Assembly (NCBI GenBank): GCA_048941285.1
Contig: JBHLNS010000071.1
Location: 1 to 13,222, forward strand
Reading direction: 5' to 3'
Source of the DNA: Promethearchaeota archaeon
Lineage (GTDB): Archaea > Asgardarchaeota > Lokiarchaeia > Sigyniarchaeales > SOKP01
Length of the DNA stretch: 13,222 bases
This document shows, piece by piece, positions 8,755 to 13,222 of this stretch. Position 1 is the stretch's first letter. Every line of letters starts with the position of its first letter. Below the pieces are notes generated by a model that was not told the origin of the DNA, searched no databases, and saw only the letters and a program-made list of their open reading frames with translations. Made by a program: the position numbers and the translations under genes.

Positions 8755-9918
8755 GTGAAACCAAGAGAACGAGTTAATCTCGCTTTAAAGCATGTGGAAC
8801 CAGATAAAGTTCCAATCGATTTAGGTGGAAATCAATCTGGTATTCATATAAAAGCATATACTAAATTATTAGAATTTCTTGGAATCAATGATAGAAATAT
8901 TCAATATTGCGATTTTGTGCAACAAATAGCGGCTCCCTGTGAAGAATTACTTCAGAAATTTGAAATAGATACTCGTTATATTCGTCCATTAGGAGGAATG
9001 GTTAAAATCGATAATGTTGAGCCTCAATATGAAGGAAAATATGTGGGTGTTTATGATCAATTTGGAGTTTTCTGGGGTAATTCAGCAGATAAGAATTTAG
9101 ATCAGATACTCTATTATGATCCTGTTATTCATCCATTTGCCGAATTTAAGACATCGCAAGAAATCAAAAATTACAATTGGCCTGATGGTACTGATAAAAC
9201 CCCATTTATTGGTTTAAAAGAGTATACTAAAAAGTTATGTGAAACTACGGATTTTGCACTCGTTTCGTCCCCTACTGGATGCATATACGAATACACAACC
9301 TTCCTCTTCGGATTTGTTAAAGCCTTACGATACCTAAAAACAAATATAGAAATGATTATAGCAGCAATGGAATGCCTTTTAAAATATTGGACAGATTATA
9401 ATATAACTTTTTTAGATGAAGTTGGAGAATATTTGGATGTGATTTGTATCAATGGAGATTTAGCTGAACAAGCTGGACCTATTATGAATTTAGATATATA
9501 TGAGAATTATATAAAACCAATTGAATCCAAACTCTCAGAAAAAATTCATGAATTAGTAAATGTGAGAATCAATTACCATAGTTGTGGTTCCATTTCTCAA
9601 TTTCTACCGCATTTTGCTAATATTGGATATGACGCTGTAAATCCAGTACAAATCTCAGCGTATGATATGGAGCCATGTAGTCTTAAAAAAAGATTCGGAG
9701 ATATAATTACATTTTGGGGAGGATTATGCAATACTCAGTCTACGCTTCCATTTGGCACTCCAAAACAAATCAAGGAAGAGGTCAGACGGAATATGGGATG
9801 TTTTAAACCGGGAGGAGGTTATATAGCAGCGAACATTCATAATATTACAGCTGAAGTGCCACCTCAAAATATTGTTGCAATGTTCGATGCTGCAATAGAG
9901 AATAGAGCTTATAAGTAA
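8755..9918 (+). CDS. Uroporphyrinogen decarboxylase/MtaA-like family protein, HSC type
   Basis: GTG start, MKPRERV...HVEPDKVPIDLGG, then GDLAEQ, YHSCG, NPVQ, FWGG and GGGYIAANIHNI. Confidence 0.9.
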   Translation: MKPRERVNLALKHVEPDKVPIDLGGNQSGIHIKAYTKLLEFLGINDRNIQYCDFVQQIAAPCEELLQKFEIDTRYIRPLGGMVKIDNVEPQYEGKYVGVYDQFGVFWGNSADKNLDQILYYDPVIHPFAEFKTSQEIKNYNWPDGTDKTPFIGLKEYTKKLCETTDFALVSSPTGCIYEYTTFLFGFVKALRYLKTNIEMIIAAMECLLKYWTDYNITFLDEVGEYLDVICINGDLAEQAGPIMNLDIYENYIKPIESKLSEKIHELVNVRINYHSCGSISQFLPHFANIGYDAVNPVQISAYDMEPCSLKKRFGDIITFWGGLCNTQSTLPFGTPKQIKEEVRRNMGCFKPGGGYIAANIHNITAEVPPQNIVAMFDAAIENRAYK

Positions 9919-9945
9919 GCAAATCAAATCTTTATTAACATAAAA

Positions 9946-10989
9946 ATGAATTCATTAGAATTAACATTATCAGCAATTAAGGGAATTCCCGAAAAAATCC
10001 CTTTCAATCCGTTTATTATGCATCTAGCAGCTTCATTGATTCATGTCAGTTATAATCACGATTATTGTAAAAAACCAGAATTGTTAGCGAAAGGGCAAAT
10101 AAAATGTGCTGAATTCTTTGGAATAGATCATGTAAATGTCTCTACTGATGCGTATCGAGAGGCAAGCGCATGGGGTGTTGAAATCGATTGGAATAGTCAT
10201 ACGCCAGTAGCTAAAAGAAATATAGAAATTGATAATTTTGATTCAATAGAAACTCCCGAACTCTTAGAACACCCGAGAATCAATAATAGAGTAAGAGCTG
10301 TTAACTTATTATCTAAAGAAGTAGGAGATAAATTATGTATTATAGGATGGATTGAAGCTCCCTTTGCTGAAATTTGCTGTTTATTTGGATTGGTTAATGT
10401 ATTATTGCAGTGTAAATATTCTGATTGGGTAGAAAGAATTAAGAAATTAATTAAGAGAATAATTCCAATTCAGAAAGAATTTGCTAATTTACAAATAGAA
10501 GCGGGAGCTCATATAATTGGTGCTGGAGACTCAGCAATATCACAAATAGGACCCATGAGATATGAGAAATGCTGTCTCGATGCTACGCGTAACTTATTTG
10601 ATGATATCCAGAAAAAAGTACCTATCTTATATCATGTATGTGGGGATAATTCAGTCGTTGATCCAAATGGACGAGACATGCTTCAATTAATATCAAGTAC
10701 AAATGCATCAATTGTAGATTTAGATTATCAGGTCGATTTAGAAATTGCAAAAGAAAAGATTGGGAGTAAAAATTGTATTCGAGGAAACACTAATACTCAA
10801 ATTTTAGGAAGTGCTTCATTTTCTAGTTCAAGAATTATTGAAGAAATAATAAAAACAATCGAAACTGGGAAGCCTGGAGGCTTTTATCAATTTTCATCAG
10901 GGTGTGAGTGGCCATGGTTGCCTATAGAAATGGCTAGTAGAAATCTAGGAATAGCTAAAGCTTTAATAGAGAAATTAGGATATTATTAA
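9946..10989 (+). CDS. MtaA/MtbA/CmuA-like methylcobamide methyltransferase (UroD family)
   Basis: EASAWG, GWIEAPF, the canonical Zn-ligand motif LYHVCG...SSGCE, and RGN. Confidence 0.88.
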   Translation: MNSLELTLSAIKGIPEKIPFNPFIMHLAASLIHVSYNHDYCKKPELLAKGQIKCAEFFGIDHVNVSTDAYREASAWGVEIDWNSHTPVAKRNIEIDNFDSIETPELLEHPRINNRVRAVNLLSKEVGDKLCIIGWIEAPFAEICCLFGLVNVLLQCKYSDWVERIKKLIKRIIPIQKEFANLQIEAGAHIIGAGDSAISQIGPMRYEKCCLDATRNLFDDIQKKVPILYHVCGDNSVVDPNGRDMLQLISSTNASIVDLDYQVDLEIAKEKIGSKNCIRGNTNTQILGSASFSSSRIIEEIIKTIETGKPGGFYQFSSGCEWPWLPIEMASRNLGIAKALIEKLGYY

Positions 10990-11030
10990 ACAGGAGTTTA
11001 AAAGAAAAATGAAATTTAAAAAATTTATAA

Positions 11031-11936
11031 TTAAAATTCATCAAAGATATCTTTCCAATTTTTATTTTGTGCATAAATAGCAGCTTCTTTGAAGATTTCA
11101 AGATAATTTGCTAATTCAACACTCGAATATTTATCTAATATAGAATCTTGATCGTATACTTTATCAGATATTTTCTTCTTTTCGTTTAAGATGTGGGTTG
11201 ATTGGTTAAAGAAAGTCTGAATTGCTTGATCCCATCTATTAATCTCTATTTTATCAAATATGTATTCAGTTAGACGTTCAAGTATGGCCCCTTTTATTGG
11301 TTTTCCCCACGTAAAATTCCAGTATTTAACAAGAAGTATGAGTTTGATTACTTTTCCGTTTTGTTTCTTGCTTAATTTAGAGAATGCTTGAACTTCTAAA
11401 TTTGGATCAATTTTTTTAGTTCCTCCTAAACTATTAGGAATAACAAGATACCCCATGGGTAATTCAATAGCGGGAATACAATCAAATAGAATAGAAATGC
11501 CCTGATAATCCATTCTAATTGGAATTGTATGCCCATAAGGGGGATCTTTTAATAATTTCATATCCGTTCCATGATAATAATGAAAAGATTTAAGATTAGA
11601 ATATAGTAATTCAAAGAGGAAATCTCTTGTAATTTTCTCTCGTCCATGAGTATTTTGAGAATTACTTTTACTATACACGAAATATAAGTCAATGTTATAT
11701 CGATTTTTAATGAAGATACCTCTATCGAGAGAATCACCATACCAGAATCTTTGTAAGGTGTATTTACTCGAGGATAAATAAATATTTGACCAAGAAGGCA
11801 TTTGACATTGAGATATTTTCTTTAATTCATTGTAGAATTCATTAATCTTTTGTCGAAGAAACATCTTTTGATTCTCTTTAATAGTTAAAGAATTGACTAA
11901 CAGTTCCAGCTTATTATGCATTTTTTTAATAGGCAA
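11031..11936 (-). CDS. cGAS/DncV-like (SMODS)/OAS-like nucleotidyltransferase with a degenerate catalytic motif
   Basis: Pol-beta NTase signature region YGDSLDRGIFIKNRYNIDLYFV, third-acid strand FDCIPA, GYLVIPN...IDP and the C-lobe helix LILLVKYWN. TTG start (alternative ATG at codon 6). Confidence 0.72.
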   Translation of the reverse strand: MPIKKMHNKLELLVNSLTIKENQKMFLRQKINEFYNELKKISQCQMPSWSNIYLSSSKYTLQRFWYGDSLDRGIFIKNRYNIDLYFVYSKSNSQNTHGREKITRDFLFELLYSNLKSFHYYHGTDMKLLKDPPYGHTIPIRMDYQGISILFDCIPAIELPMGYLVIPNSLGGTKKIDPNLEVQAFSKLSKKQNGKVIKLILLVKYWNFTWGKPIKGAILERLTEYIFDKIEINRWDQAIQTFFNQSTHILNEKKKISDKVYDQDSILDKYSSVELANYLEIFKEAAIYAQNKNWKDIFDEF

Positions 11937-11945
11937 ATCAGATCA
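11937..11945 (-). promoter_or_regulatory. Shine-Dalgarno-like TGATC element before the TTG start
   Basis: The minus strand reads TGATCTGAT-TTG, identical to the context at 1643-1654. Confidence 0.4.
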
Positions 11946-11963
11946 TAAAGAAGAATTCTCTAT

Positions 11964-12491
11964 TTATATACTTCTTGAATTTATAATTCTAAAGATAAAA
12001 TTACGAATTGTTTCCTCTATTATATCAATATCGGTTGGAGGAGTTTCAATATAAAGCCCTCCTTCGTTTCTAGCAAATTCTTGGGCCATTTTTCGGTTGA
12101 TTATTTTTTCTGCTAATTTATTTAAATGAATAATCTTTCCGATTAATACAAAAGGAATAGAACCAGCAAATTTTTTAATTTCAGCAAACCATTCTTTTAT
12201 TTTAATAAATGTCGCTTCTTGACCTAAATCAAAAACAAATAATGCTCCGGCTGCACCTTTGTAAAATGTATTACGAATAAATTCAAATCTCTGTTGCCCT
12301 CCTATATCCCAGATACTTAGAGTTGCAATTTCTCCTTGTCGAAATTCAACATCTTTAGTTAAAATATCAACTCCAACAGTTAATTTATAGTTTGCTTGAA
12401 ACCTTTTTTTAATCAATTTCTGAATTAACTCTGGGCTGCATACTGTTTCAGCACCGGTGAGTAATACTTTTAATTTGTAACTTGACATCAT
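11964..12491 (-). CDS. Rab-like small GTPase family protein with degenerate G1/G4/G5 motifs (probable pseudo-GTPase)
   Basis: LKVLLTG, switch I YKLTVGVD, G3 WDIGGQQRF, FYKGAAGA and VFDL are present. G1 reads GAETVCSP, G4 reads KIIH and G5 reads ETPPT. No C-terminal prenylation motif. Confidence 0.9.
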   Translation of the reverse strand: MMSSYKLKVLLTGAETVCSPELIQKLIKKRFQANYKLTVGVDILTKDVEFRQGEIATLSIWDIGGQQRFEFIRNTFYKGAAGALFVFDLGQEATFIKIKEWFAEIKKFAGSIPFVLIGKIIHLNKLAEKIINRKMAQEFARNEGGLYIETPPTDIDIIEETIRNFIFRIINSRSI

Positions 12492-12557
12492 TTCACTATA
12501 AAAAAAGATTTGGATTTGGTATTTTTACTCTTACTATTATTGACATGAAAATTTAAT

Positions 12558-12570
12558 TATTTAAATTCTT
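12558..12570 (-). promoter_or_regulatory. Putative BRE-TATA promoter of the GTPase-like gene
   Basis: The minus strand reads AAGAA-TTTAAATA, about 67 bp upstream of ATG 12491. This is a good match to the archaeal TATA consensus. Confidence 0.4.
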
Positions 12571-13004
12571 ATCATCATGAAAGACTGAAAACACAAGAAA
12601 AAGGTAAAATTTTCTCCATTAGAAATTCAACTTCATAAAACACATAAAATTAATATGATATTGATTTTTAATGAAATATTTGGATTCTATTTAACAATTT
12701 TTATTAGTTCAAATAAATGAGATGGTTAAGAGCCAATTAAATTAACGTAACTTTTTTTTCAATAATTTTTATTTCTATAAACTAAGAAAAAAGCATAGTC
12801 ACGAAAGAAGTGCCATATAAAACACCATTATTGGTAGTATTATTTTGAGAGGTACTATAGTTATTGTTTCCATATATCTTACATGGGCTGTGTTTAGTTA
12901 AGATTTTAAAATAATAAATGTTTAGTTTAACATTGAAGAATTTAGATTTTGAAAATTAAGAAATTCAAGAATTATTGCATTTAAACCTCTCAAATTGAAT
13001 AAAA

Positions 13005-13222
13005 ATGGAAAATGAAGAGAAGAAGTCTTCTTATAAACTCCCAGAAGCATTAATTCAAGCAGAAAGTCTAAGGAATTCTTGTAAATTCAATGAAGCTCTT
13101 TTAATTTTAAATAATTTAGAAGAAAAAGAAAATTTAAAAGGTTTCGATCTTCTCTCATGTCATCTTCTTCAAAGTTCTGTTCTAAAAAGATTAGGAAATT
13201 ACCAAGAGAGCTACAGGTTTGG
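13005..13222 (+). CDS. Tetratricopeptide-repeat-like protein (partial; runs off the window)
   Basis: Not in the ORF track. ATG 13005 is open to the edge: MENEEKKSSYKLPEALIQAESLRNSCKFNEALLILNNLEEKENLKGFDLLSCHLLQSSVLKRLGNYQESYRF. It shows TPR-like helix pairs (KFNEAL; LGNYQES). Confidence 0.7.
   Translation, partial: MENEEKKSSYKLPEALIQAESLRNSCKFNEALLILNNLEEKENLKGFDLLSCHLLQSSVLKRLGNYQESYRF

Noticed and set aside
7558-10989. Annotating the UroD-family genes as hemE, or invoking Pyl/Sec readthrough
   Set aside because: They lack the HemE N-terminal MRQAGR motif and carry metal-ligand motifs instead. All three end in TAA. The TGA of the GH94-like gene is followed by TAA after two more codons.
9724-11740. 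Short ORFs 9724..9927 (-) and 11558..11740 (-)
   Set aside because: They overlap longer, motif-supported genes. The second does not restore a canonical NTase motif, so it does not indicate a frameshift.
11031-11936. Calling this a CBASS system or a CCA-adding enzyme
   Set aside because: No effector or ancillary cap gene is adjacent. The protein is shorter than archaeal CCA enzymes and lacks their tail domain, and the catalytic motif is degenerate.
11964-12491. Calling the GTPase a pseudogene
   Set aside because: The reading frame is full length with no stops or frameshifts and has a plausible promoter. Only missense changes are seen.

Overview
AT-rich archaeal chromosomal segment, most likely from an Asgard archaeon of the Lokiarchaeia/Promethearchaeota type. 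This is inferred from an Asgard-type profilin, a Rab-like small GTPase, a TFB paralogue, tandem UroD/MtaA-family genes and a TPR gene. Gene order: partial Eis-like GNAT acetyltransferase (-), Cys-rich DUF6144/V4R-like protein (-), profilin with a C-terminal extension (+), TFB paralogue (+), FwdF-like polyferredoxin (+), GH94-like glycoside phosphorylase followed by three UroD/MtaA-family proteins (+), then a convergent pair (-), then a partial TPR gene (+). The convergent pair is the most striking feature: a Rab-like GTPase that has lost its G1, G4 and G5 nucleotide-binding motifs but keeps its switch/RabF motifs, and 27 bp downstream a cGAS/DncV(SMODS)/OAS-like nucleotidyltransferase with a degenerate catalytic motif. 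It is a candidate pseudo-GTPase plus pseudo-CD-NTase module. No RNA genes, CRISPR arrays or mobile elements were recognised. All family calls come from motifs read by eye, not from database searches.
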